Positions 1 through 8,798 of a DNA stretch of 64,000 nucleotides are shown one piece after another (the stretch's first letter is position 1; every line of letters starts with the position of its first letter). The stretch comes from Candidatus Krumholzibacteriota bacterium (GTDB taxonomy: Bacteria; Krumholzibacteriota; Krumholzibacteriia; JAJRXK01), in NCBI GenBank assembly GCA_963764625.1, contig CAVXTH010000005.1, positions 32,001 to 96,000 on the forward strand, read 5' to 3'. The notes under the pieces were generated by a model. It made no database searches. It was not told the DNA's origin and saw only the letters and a list, made by a program, of their open reading frames with translations. Both the position numbers and the translations under genes were made by a program.

Positions 1-467
1 TAAGCGGCATAGCAAATCGAGGGGTTTGGTACCACGCGGCATTCCTCGGACTCTGCCTTCAGACACGAACCCAGAGCGCGGCGAAATTCCGGAGTCTGGT
101 TGAACCAGTAGCAGCGCGTATCCACCAGCAGGTTCCCCCCCACCGTGGCCGTCTGGCGGATGAGAGGGCTCGCGATCTTGCGCACGGTTTGGGGGATCAC
201 GGGGTGGGTGGCGGCGATCGCCGCGTCGCTCGCAAGCTCGCTCAAGTTGACTCCCCCGCCGATGCGGGTGGGAGACAGCTCCTTGAGCTCTGCGATATGG
301 GTGAGACTGATGACTTCCTCTTTGGGATTCAGCTTGTTCTTGTAGTTGCAGAGAAGGTCGGTGCCGCCTCCGAGGAAATCGAAGTCCTGAAGTTCCTGGG
401 TCAAAGCCAGAGCTTCCTTCAGGGACTTGGGCCGATGGAGCCGAAAGCTCGGAACGTACATGGTCAT
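1..467 (-). CDS. hcrB: FAD-binding medium subunit of a xanthine oxidase-family enzyme, 4-hydroxybenzoyl-CoA reductase beta-like (runs off window)
   Basis: Not in the ORF track. Manual translation from ATG 467 gives MTMYVPSFRLHRPKSLKEAL...GGGTDL...IRQTATVGGNL, plus a Cys-rich insert RCYWFNQ...CLK...C...CY like the HcrB/PaoB [4Fe-4S] insertion. Confidence 0.8.
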   Translation of the reverse strand, partial: MTMYVPSFRLHRPKSLKEALALTQELQDFDFLGGGTDLLCNYKNKLNPKEEVISLTHIAELKELSPTRIGGGVNLSELASDAAIAATHPVIPQTVRKIASPLIRQTATVGGNLLVDTRCYWFNQTPEFRRALGSCLKAESEECRVVPNPSICYAA

Positions 468-487
468 GAGCTAAGAATTCCTCTGGG

Positions 488-2818
488 CTACTTGAGAGAG
501 GCAACGCCGTTCTTGAGTTTGGAACTTCTGGCCTTGGCTTCCAGGGCATCCAGAACGCGCTCGGGAGTAAACGGCAACTTGCGCAGGCGAATGCCGACCG
601 CGTCGTAAATGGCATTTCCCACCGCGGGAATGACGGGCGAGAGCGCGCCCTCGCCGCACTCCTTGGCGCCGTAAGGACCTTCGGGGTCGTGGCTCTCGAT
701 GATGATGGCCTCGATCGGCGGCGTGTCGACGCTGGTGGGAACTTTGTAGTCGAGGAAATTGGCGTTCATGAGCAAATTGTCCTTCTTGTACCGCATCTCC
801 TCCATCAGCGTCTGTCCCAGGCCCATGTGCACGCTGCCTTCGATCTGTCCCGCCACCGCCAGAGGGTTCAGGGCAAAGCCGCAATCGTGCGCGGCCCACA
901 CCTTCACTACTTTCACGAAGCCGGTCTCGAGGTCCACTTTCACTTCAGCGACGAACGCGCCGAAGGAATAGCTGGGCGAGAGTCCCGCCGCCGCGCCCTT
1001 GAAGTCGCCCCCCAGTTTCGGAGACTGATACCAGCCCTTGGCGATGAGAGCCCCGCCCTCGGACATGGCTTCCTCGAGCGCGTCAAAATAGGAAACCTCG
1101 ACTTCGGGCTCGTTCACGCTGGTGAGCTTGCCGCCTTCGAATTCCCACCGCGCGCGCGGACGTCCCGCGATGTGGCAGGCAGCCCTGGAGAGCTTTTCGC
1201 GGATGACCCGCGCCGCGTCCCGGGTGGCATTGCCCAGCATGAAAGTGACCCGGCTGCTGTAACTTCCCAAGTCGAGAGGCGCGGTGTCGGTATCTTGACT
1301 GCGCACCCGCATCATCGAGAGTGGCAGACCGAGTTCCTCCGCCACCACCTGCGCCATGACGGTGTCCGAGCCCTGCCCGATTTCGGCCGCCATGTTGTGG
1401 ATGGTGACTCCGCCGTCGCCGTCGATCTTCAAGTGCACCGTACAGTGGGGAAACCGCGTCCAGTGGATGGGAAGGTTGCTCCCACTGATGTAGAAGCCGC
1501 AGCCCACGCCCAGGCCGTGCCCGAAGGGCAACTTGCCCCAGCGTTCACGCCAGCCGCTGCGCTCCATGGCCTGTGAGATCCCATCGCGAATGCCGTTGCT
1601 GGTGATGCGGAAATGATTCTCAGTGAGCGTGTTCTCGGGGAGGAAATTGCGCAGCCGGAATTCGCAGGGGTCCTCCCCCAGTTTCTCGGCCAGCTCGTCC
1701 ACCGTGGTCTCGATGAGGTAGCGGGTATTGACGCTGCCGTGGCCGCGCATCGCTCCGCTGGGCGGGCGGTTGGAATACACCCTCCGCCCGCGATAGCGGA
1801 AGTTGGGAATCCGATACGGCCCCTGGCTGAGCACGCCGTTGTAGTAGGTCGTGACCACTCCAAAACTGGAGAAGGCGCCGCCGTCGATGAGGGCGTCGAG
1901 TTCCAGCGCGGTGATCCCTTCCTCTTTGCTGGCCGACATCTTGACTCGGGTCTCGGTTGGATGGCGTCCGTGATTGACCAGAAAGGTCTCCTCGCGGCTC
2001 ATCACGAGTTTGACGGGGCGTCCGGTCTTCTTGGCCAAAAGACAGACGATCATCTCGTGGGGAAAGGGATCGCTCTTGCCGCCGAAACCGCCGCCGATCA
2101 TGGTGCGCACCACGCGAATCTGGTGCATGGGCAGATCCATCACCTCGGCCAGCGCCCGGTGCACGTAGTGCGGCACCTGGGTGGGCGACCAGAGAGTCAG
2201 TCTGCCGTCGGCTTCGAAGTGTGCGCATACCGCATGCGGTTCGGTAAAGGCGTGATTCACTCCGGGAAATTCGTAGCGGTTCTCGATGAGGGCATCGGCC
2301 GATTCAAACGCCTTGTCGACGTCGCCGAATTCCTGCTCGACCTGCTTCATGATGTTCGTGCCCTCCACCGTCTTGCGGTGCAGGGCTTCGATCTTGTTCC
2401 CCAGCGCATCCGTCATCTTCTTCACCGGCGGAAGCGGCTCGTAGAGCACTTCGATCGCCTCGAGCGCGAGGTCGGCGATTTCCTCGCGGTCGGCAGCCAC
2501 CGCGGCCACGGCATCGCCCACGAAGCGCACGCGTTCAACCGCCATCGCGGTTTCATCCTTGGTGATCGGGAGAACCCCGAATTGCCCGGGGGCCTCCCTT
2601 CCCGTCACCACCGCCCGGACGCCTTTTATCGCGGCCGCTTTCTGGGTATCCACCGATACGACACGGGCATGAGCGTGTGGGCTGTGGAGAATGCGCGCGA
2701 AGAGCATGCCGGGCAGGCGAATGTCCTCGGCGTACTGGCCTTCGCCGGCCACTTTCTTCGCGCCGTCCACCAGCGGGGTTGGTTTGCCGATGAGATTGAA
2801 GTGCTTTTTCTCCCTCAC
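488..2818 (-). CDS. hcrA: Molybdopterin-binding large subunit, 4-hydroxybenzoyl-CoA reductase alpha-like
   Basis: GGGFGGK, GAMRGHG, EIGQGS, GSYSSR and GAKECGEG motifs; lies between the 2Fe-2S and FAD subunits in C-A-B order. Confidence 0.8.
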   Translation of the reverse strand: MREKKHFNLIGKPTPLVDGAKKVAGEGQYAEDIRLPGMLFARILHSPHAHARVVSVDTQKAAAIKGVRAVVTGREAPGQFGVLPITKDETAMAVERVRFVGDAVAAVAADREEIADLALEAIEVLYEPLPPVKKMTDALGNKIEALHRKTVEGTNIMKQVEQEFGDVDKAFESADALIENRYEFPGVNHAFTEPHAVCAHFEADGRLTLWSPTQVPHYVHRALAEVMDLPMHQIRVVRTMIGGGFGGKSDPFPHEMIVCLLAKKTGRPVKLVMSREETFLVNHGRHPTETRVKMSASKEEGITALELDALIDGGAFSSFGVVTTYYNGVLSQGPYRIPNFRYRGRRVYSNRPPSGAMRGHGSVNTRYLIETTVDELAEKLGEDPCEFRLRNFLPENTLTENHFRITSNGIRDGISQAMERSGWRERWGKLPFGHGLGVGCGFYISGSNLPIHWTRFPHCTVHLKIDGDGGVTIHNMAAEIGQGSDTVMAQVVAEELGLPLSMMRVRSQDTDTAPLDLGSYSSRVTFMLGNATRDAARVIREKLSRAACHIAGRPRARWEFEGGKLTSVNEPEVEVSYFDALEEAMSEGGALIAKGWYQSPKLGGDFKGAAAGLSPSYSFGAFVAEVKVDLETGFVKVVKVWAAHDCGFALNPLAVAGQIEGSVHMGLGQTLMEEMRYKKDNLLMNANFLDYKVPTSVDTPPIEAIIIESHDPEGPYGAKECGEGALSPVIPAVGNAIYDAVGIRLRKLPFTPERVLDALEAKARSSKLKNGVASLK

Positions 2819-3429
2819 TTGCCGCTCTCCTTCCCGCTCGGACGAGAGGGCCGCTTCCCCCTGAACGCTCCCAACACCGTGCCGCTACCATCGTCGTTGC
2901 GCCGGCCACGAATGCCAGTGCCCACGGGCACGTCGACTCCACCCTTTTCGCCCCGCAGCTCGGCTGCGGCCACCTGGACCGCGTCCACGATCTTCACGTA
3001 GCCGGTGCACCGGCACATGTTGCCGCTGATCGCCTCGCGGATCTCTTCTTCGCTGGGGTCGTCATTCTCGCGCAGGAGCGCGACGGAAGTCATGATGAAG
3101 CCGGGCGTGCAGAAGCCGCACTGGCTGCCTCCACTGCTCAGGAAGGCCTCCTGCACCGGATGGAGCTTCTCGGCCTCGTGGAGCCCTTCGATCGTGGTGA
3201 TCTCCCGGCCTTCCACCTCGGCCGCCAGGGTCAGACACGAGAGAATCGGCTTGCCGTCGAGCAGAACCGTGCAGCACCCACAGGTCCCCATGTCGCAGCC
3301 ACGGTGACTTCCGGTGAGTTGGAGTTCCTCGCGCAGCGCGTCGAGCAGCGTTGCCGCCGGGCGCAGCGCGAGCTGATGGACCGCTCCATTGACCCTGAGT
3401 GAGACCATGATTTTGCTGGAATTGGACAT
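2815..3429 (-). CDS. hcrC: 2x[2Fe-2S] small subunit (HcrC/CoxS-like)
   Basis: GCDMGTCGCCTV...C and QCGFC...CRCTGY motifs; stop overlaps the large-subunit start. Confidence 0.85.
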   Translation of the reverse strand: MSNSSKIMVSLRVNGAVHQLALRPAATLLDALREELQLTGSHRGCDMGTCGCCTVLLDGKPILSCLTLAAEVEGREITTIEGLHEAEKLHPVQEAFLSSGGSQCGFCTPGFIMTSVALLRENDDPSEEEIREAISGNMCRCTGYVKIVDAVQVAAAELRGEKGGVDVPVGTGIRGRRNDDGSGTVLGAFRGKRPSRPSGKESGK

Positions 3430-3483
3430 GAAGCGAATATAAACGATTGTTCGAGCTCTCTCCAGTGGATCCCCAGCATACGA

Positions 3484-3509
3484 AGGGCGGCTCCTGGTGG
3501 AGCCGCCCT
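3484..3509 (-). terminator. GC-rich hairpin, possible terminator after the lipoprotein gene
   Basis: Perfect stem AGGGCGGCTCC-TGGT-GGAGCCGCCCT; weak U-tail. Confidence 0.45.
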
Positions 3510-3564
3510 CACTGCGCGAGGCTTCGATTTCGGGCTCACCCGGCGCGGGGCGCCCGGAATGAAG

Positions 3565-4686
3565 CTAGTTCCCGGTGCCGCCAGTCGGCGGCGGATTGTC
3601 CACCACCGGCCCACCGCACTCCGCCTTCCACATGGCGCGGAAGAAGCCCAGACCCAGGTCGCTGCGGGTCATGTATTCACCGCTGAACTCGCCCTCGATC
3701 TGTCCGTACTTGGCCGCCCAGTGTCCAAAGAAGACGCCGGTGCCGTCATCCTTGGGTTCCCAGCTTCCCCGCAAAAGACCCCGAATGTGGCCGGCTCGAT
3801 CGATGATCTTGCCCGCGAAGACACGCTCCCCCGCGTCGTTCACACCCCAGCGTCCGCGCAGGTGGCCGTCCACGTCTCCGAATTGATTGACCCAGTGGCC
3901 CCGGAAGAATCCACCGTTGGCCCCGGGCACGCTCACCCAGTAGCCGCGCATGAAGCCGGAGGGGCAAGTGTCGAGCGTCTTTCCCTCGAAGGAAATCGAG
4001 TTGCCCTGATCGTCCACGCTCACCGTGCGATCGAGGCCGTCCAGATCAGCCAGGCTGATCGTGGTGGAGAAGGGCCCGGTCTTGAAGCTGAGCTCGCCGG
4101 CGAAGGCGCCGGTGTCGTCCGGACGCTGCAGAATGCACAGGAGCAAGCCATCGAAATGCGGCCCGGTATAGCTCTGCCACTGCAGGAGCTGGCGATTGGT
4201 GCGCGGCAGGAGATGGTCGACGGGACGCTCGAAGAGAATCGTGCGCTTCACCGCAATGGCGCCCCCGGTCACGCTCAGCGAGCCGCTCCAGTCGAGGGCC
4301 ATCGCGGGGCTCGCGGCATCGACACTCGGCCGGCCGTCGAGCTTGCCCCAGAGAATCCGCACCACGGTGCGCTTGAGCAGCGGGTTGTCCCTCAGAGCGG
4401 GATCACGATCGAGGACGCTGTCTTCGTCGTCCTGCGTCATGAGATCCTGCTCCATGCTCGCGGTCTCGCTCTGAAGCTGAGAATCGTCGAAGGCCGGGGC
4501 CTCATCAGTGTAGGCGAGGCCGCCGTAGGCCTGGTTCAAGTCGATCTGGTCGAGAGAATTCGTGCCGCCGATACTGGTATCGGCGGCGGAAAGGGGAGTC
4601 TCGTTCTTGGCACAACCCCCCGCGAACGCGGCGAGCAACAGGACCGAGATTCCCAGGCGGGCGAAAGAACGGGTGGTCATCATCAT
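3565..4686 (-). CDS. Hypothetical lipoprotein with repeated G-x-W beta-strand motifs
   Basis: Signal peptide ending AFAGG-C, GGAGG RBS, C-terminal repeats (RGYW, RGHW, RGRW, RGSW, FGHW). Confidence 0.75.
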   Translation of the reverse strand: MMMTTRSFARLGISVLLLAAFAGGCAKNETPLSAADTSIGGTNSLDQIDLNQAYGGLAYTDEAPAFDDSQLQSETASMEQDLMTQDDEDSVLDRDPALRDNPLLKRTVVRILWGKLDGRPSVDAASPAMALDWSGSLSVTGGAIAVKRTILFERPVDHLLPRTNRQLLQWQSYTGPHFDGLLLCILQRPDDTGAFAGELSFKTGPFSTTISLADLDGLDRTVSVDDQGNSISFEGKTLDTCPSGFMRGYWVSVPGANGGFFRGHWVNQFGDVDGHLRGRWGVNDAGERVFAGKIIDRAGHIRGLLRGSWEPKDDGTGVFFGHWAAKYGQIEGEFSGEYMTRSDLGLGFFRAMWKAECGGPVVDNPPPTGGTGN

Positions 4687-5052
4687 CTTCCTCCAAGCTC
4701 GGGCCGAAGCGAGCGGCCCATGGGGTTTCTGGGTTCGGGGAGAGCAAGGGGGAGGCCCGAGCCGGGGAAACCTGTTAACTAGATACGAATAAATTAGTTA
4801 GACGACCAGGCTCTGCTCCTATCTCGGGGCAAAAGCGTACGCAGAGGTACACCGTGGCGCTAGCCGTACACTGGAAGGAGTTGAGGGCGCCGTGCCCGCC
4901 CCCAGAGCGGGCGGGCTCTGCATCCGCACCAGCTTGACCCCCCCAGGGGTGCGCTGTCATTATGGAAGGCAAAGCTAGGCTCCCCCTTCCGGGCAGTCTC
5001 TCTGGGCATGAGGAGTTTCATGGGGTATTGAGAACGGACCTGATCTGACATC

Positions 5053-7080
5053 ATGTTGCACGCATCCTCTCCGCGCGGGCGATGCCTCTTCGCCGTCGCG
5101 CTCACTTTGCTTTGTCTTCTCTCGCTGGCTTCCTCCGCGTTCGGGGTGGAGTTTGTGGTGCCGGCAGGCGTGCACGGCGAGCTTCCGGCCCAGTTCCTCG
5201 CAAAGAGCACCATGACCGGCACGGGCAAGATTGCCACCGTCAACCAGACCCACTACGACGTTCTGCACTACGATCTCACTCTCGATCCCTCCTTCGACGA
5301 TCAGACGATCCAGGGCACGGTGCGCATCGACCTCGTGAGCCTGCTCGACGGGCTCACCGATCTCGAGTTCGACCTCTTTCAGAATCTCCAGGGAACCGGC
5401 GCCCATGACGATCAGGGGAATCCGCTGAGCTTCACCCACGAGAACGACTTGCTGACCGTGCAGCTCGCGGACCCGTTGTTCGCCGGTGACAGCCTGAGCG
5501 TCACCATCGACTACGAAGGTTCGCCCCAGCCGGTAGGATTTCTGGGAATGCAGTTTCTCCAGCACGATGGCACCCCGATCCTGGCCACCCTCAGCGAGCC
5601 CTATTACTCGCGTTCGTGGTGGCCCTGCAAGGATCTCCCCGACGACAAGTCGACGGTCACTCTCACCCTACGCGCGCCGCCCGGCTACTACTGCGCGGGC
5701 AACGGCGTGCTGACCTCCCAGGAAGTGCTTCCCAGCGGAGCAGGTACACTCTTCACCTGGGAGGAGGACTACCCCATCAGCTCGTACAACGTATCGGTCG
5801 CCGTGACCAACTACGTGGGGTGGACCGAGAACTGGACGAGCCCGAGCGGCACTCCGATGGTCCTGGAGTACAGGGTGTTTCCCGAGGACCTCAACAAGGC
5901 CCTCGTCGATTTCGCGTCCACACGGGAAATGCTCGACCTCTATTCAACGCTCTTCGGCGAGTATCCGTTCGTCAACGACAAGTACGGAATGGCGGAGTTC
6001 ATTTTCGACGGCGCCATGGAACATCAGACCATGACGAGCTACGGACAATCGCTCATCACCGGCGACAACTTCTACGAGACCCTCGTGGGTCACGAGATGG
6101 CGCACCAGTGGTTCGGCAACCTGGTCACGGTCAAGGATTGGAACGAAGTATGGCTCCACGAGGGCTTCGCCACCTACGCGGAGGCGCTCTGGGTCGAACA
6201 CAAGAGCGGGTTCGAGGCGTACCACCACTTCATGCTGTCGCATTCCGCCTATCAGATCGGCTTCTACGGTCCAGTGAGTCCGCCCATTCCCCTGTTCGGC
6301 GGAACCGTCTACCAGAAAGGCGCCTGGATTCTGCACATGTTACGCCACATGATCGGGGACAACGATTTCTTCCAGGTGCTCAAGACCTACTCGGCCTCGC
6401 CCAACTTACGTTACGGCGCGGCGAGGATCTCCGACTTCATTTCGATCGCGGAATCGGTGAGCGGCACCGAATTGTCCTGGTTCTTCGACGAGTGGCTCTA
6501 TCGCATCGGTCGTCCGGAATACCGGATGTCGTGGAGAAGCGAGAACCTGGGTGAGAACTACCGGGTGGTGGTTACGATCGAGCAGATGCAGAGCGGAGAT
6601 ACCTACCGCATGCCACTGGACTTCGTGGTGGACACCGCGGCGGGGAGTCAGACTTTCGTGGTGTGGAACGACGGAGCGTACCAGGTGGCCTCGTTCATCG
6701 TTCCGACGCAACCCACCGATGTCCGCCTCGATCCCGACGACTGGGTTCTGCGCTGGAACCAGAATCCCAATATTCCCACCTCGGTGCCACAGCTCACGGC
6801 GAGTCGGCTCGCGCTTCTCCCCAACGTTCCAAATCCCTTCAATCCCTCGACGCGCTTGCGGTTCACCCTTCCCGGGGAAGTTCCGGTCCAGTTGCGCATC
6901 GTCGACATGCGAGGCCGCACCGTCCGGCGTTTCCAAACCGATTCGATGGGGGCGGGACAGCACGAACTGATTTGGAGCGGGCGCGACGACAGTGGTCAAC
7001 CGGTGGCGTCGGGCGTGTATACCGTGGTGTTGCAGGAAGCGGACCAGACCGCGGCGCAGAGAATCACTCTGGTCAAGTAG
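5053..7080 (+). CDS. Secreted M1 family aminopeptidase with C-terminal FlgD-Ig/secretion-tail domain
   Basis: Signal peptide, GAMEH, HEMAHQW-x-LHEGFATY, YQKGA; tail PNPFNP...W.G.D..G..VASGVY. Confidence 0.92.
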   Translation: MLHASSPRGRCLFAVALTLLCLLSLASSAFGVEFVVPAGVHGELPAQFLAKSTMTGTGKIATVNQTHYDVLHYDLTLDPSFDDQTIQGTVRIDLVSLLDGLTDLEFDLFQNLQGTGAHDDQGNPLSFTHENDLLTVQLADPLFAGDSLSVTIDYEGSPQPVGFLGMQFLQHDGTPILATLSEPYYSRSWWPCKDLPDDKSTVTLTLRAPPGYYCAGNGVLTSQEVLPSGAGTLFTWEEDYPISSYNVSVAVTNYVGWTENWTSPSGTPMVLEYRVFPEDLNKALVDFASTREMLDLYSTLFGEYPFVNDKYGMAEFIFDGAMEHQTMTSYGQSLITGDNFYETLVGHEMAHQWFGNLVTVKDWNEVWLHEGFATYAEALWVEHKSGFEAYHHFMLSHSAYQIGFYGPVSPPIPLFGGTVYQKGAWILHMLRHMIGDNDFFQVLKTYSASPNLRYGAARISDFISIAESVSGTELSWFFDEWLYRIGRPEYRMSWRSENLGENYRVVVTIEQMQSGDTYRMPLDFVVDTAAGSQTFVVWNDGAYQVASFIVPTQPTDVRLDPDDWVLRWNQNPNIPTSVPQLTASRLALLPNVPNPFNPSTRLRFTLPGEVPVQLRIVDMRGRTVRRFQTDSMGAGQHELIWSGRDDSGQPVASGVYTVVLQEADQTAAQRITLVK

Positions 7081-7131
7081 CGTCTCCACCCCGTACGAAT
7101 CGGGGAGGGGAGCAGGCCGGCCAACTGTGCC

Positions 7132-7841
7132 GAGTTCATGCCCCAGTGGACTCGACCAATGACCTGACTGGGGGGTGTCGGCTGAATCACTCAAGGTGTC
7201 CGTCGAACGAGGGCCCCCGCCGTCTGGCGCTCACAGGGGATCGACCCTGAAGCCTGTCCGTGCACGTCAGCCGGTCCTGCTTCCAACCCAACCGAACCGC
7301 GCGGATGAGGGGAAGGGAACTCAGGAGGCAAACGGTCCCTGAGAGGGTTTCCCCTCCCGTCCACCTCCCAGTACCCCGCCTGAACCCTTGTTTGAAAGAC
7401 GCCAGAGGCCGGAACACAGACGCGACATCAACGAGAACCGGCGCCGGGAGCACAGTCAACCAAATGCCCAGGCATTCACCCGCTGAAGAGCCGCGCGACG
7501 GGAAGTGGACTGCCTCACAACTGGCAGGCACTTCGGCCCGCTCTTCAGTCTTCACGAGTCTCTTGGGAAATTCCGGGCCTAGGGCGAGACGCAAGGCACC
7601 TGGCTGAACCGAGCAATCTCGCGACATCGCGCCTCTTGAAACTTCCAGTCCCCACTGGGACTAGACCCGCTTCGATAGACTTGGACGTCGCCGGTGACTC
7701 GGGTGAGGAATGCTCCAGTTCCGTAAGGAAGTGCGGCGAGGGTGCAAACTCGGGGTCTGGAGTCCCCTAGTCTCCGTGGAGGTAATGGTCCGTAGACGAG
7801 CCACTGGATAGACAAACAAGTCTACTTCGCCATGAACTCCT
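7132..7841 (-). ncRNA. Candidate large (~710 nt) structured non-coding RNA, class unrecognised
   Basis: Promoter directly upstream; terminal helices GAGUUCAUG/CAUGAACUC (7839-7831 with 7140-7132) and CCAGUGG/CCACUGG (7807-7801 with 7149-7143); many internal stems whose G.U pairs work only on the minus strand; GAAA tetraloop; no credible ORF. Confidence 0.7.
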
Positions 7842-7847
7842 GTCGAA

Positions 7848-7876
7848 AAGTTACGGAAGCCATTCGGGGACGTCAA
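7848..7876 (-). promoter_or_regulatory. sigma70-type promoter of the large RNA
   Basis: TTGACG (7876-7871), 17-nt spacer, TAACTT (7853-7848); predicted +1 at about 7841/7840, the first base of the terminal helix. Confidence 0.7.
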
Positions 7877-7885
7877 CCCCCCCAC

Positions 7886-8749
7886 TCAACTCTGGCCGAG
7901 ATGGGTGGTAAACCACTCGGAACTCAAAGCCAGCGCGCGGTCCAGGGCGTCGGTCGTGCCCGCGAAGGGGTGAATCGCGTTCCAGGTGTGTCCGGTGCCC
8001 GGGATCATCTCCAGGTGGCAGCCGTCCGCCTCGCCGCGCCCCGCGCGGAGCGTCTGGGCATTCTGGGGATCGACCGCCAGATCATTCTCCGCCTGCAGAA
8101 TGAGGTGGGCCGCCTTCATTTCCTTGACCCCAGCGGTGAGGTCATAGCGCCGCGCGTTCTCGCGCGCATCTTCCACCAGAGTGAACCCCACCGCCATGCG
8201 CTGCTTCGTACGAGAATTCAGGAACTCCAGCTTGCCTTCCTCTTCCCAGTCGCGGAGCTGACGCTCGGTGTAGTGCAAGGCCTGGGAAATTCCGTTCCAG
8301 GTGACGAGAGCGGCGATCGCCGGATCCTCCCTCGCGACGACGATGGCGCTCAGGGCTCCCCGGCTGTGCGCGAGGAGACCGACACCAAGCCTACGGGTTT
8401 CTTCGGGAAGAGGAGACTCTCTTCGCAACCAGCTGAGGACATGCTCGAGATCCTCGATCTCCCGGGCATAGGTGTTGCGCTCGAAAAGATCCAGCCGATC
8501 GAACTCGCCGGGCCTCTCTCCGACTCCATTCAACGAGAAATCGAAGCAGACCGTGACGAATCCTCTGGTGGCCAAGGTGCGCCCGAGGTAGGGGAAGAAC
8601 CCCCAGTTCTTGAAACCCTTGAAGCCGTGCACGATTACGACCAGACCGAGGGCTTGCTCCTCGGCCGGCCGGCGGAGATCCAGGCGCAAGGGAAGTCCGT
8701 CCCTGCACTGAAGTTGGTGCTGGCTCTCTCTCAGGTTCATCCCTACCAT
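7886..8749 (-). CDS. Alpha/beta hydrolase (S9/dienelactone hydrolase-like)
   Basis: HGFKGFKNWG, nucleophile elbow AHSRG, catalytic D and GHTW; start is 8749 or 8740. Confidence 0.85.
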   Translation of the reverse strand: MVGMNLRESQHQLQCRDGLPLRLDLRRPAEEQALGLVVIVHGFKGFKNWGFFPYLGRTLATRGFVTVCFDFSLNGVGERPGEFDRLDLFERNTYAREIEDLEHVLSWLRRESPLPEETRRLGVGLLAHSRGALSAIVVAREDPAIAALVTWNGISQALHYTERQLRDWEEEGKLEFLNSRTKQRMAVGFTLVEDARENARRYDLTAGVKEMKAAHLILQAENDLAVDPQNAQTLRAGRGEADGCHLEMIPGTGHTWNAIHPFAGTTDALDRALALSSEWFTTHLGQS

Positions 8750-8798
8750 CCCCTTCGCCGATTTTCTTGAGCTTTCATCTCGTTCGGAAAGTGGTCGC

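Noticed and set aside
7187-7815. ORFs 7187..7627(-), 7260..7607(+) and 7579..7815(-) in the large intergenic region
   Set aside because: No motifs or clear RBS, and weak third-position GC bias in the ORF I inspected compared with flanking genes; the region is better explained by RNA structure.
7132-7841. Large RNA as RNase P RNA, tmRNA or group II intron
   Set aside because: No GAGGAAAGUCC/ACAGAA..CGGCUUA, no tRNA-like ends or CCA. GAGCCGCGCGACGGGAAG on + (7488-7505) resembles domain V but does not close the hairpin, and there is no host gene or RT.
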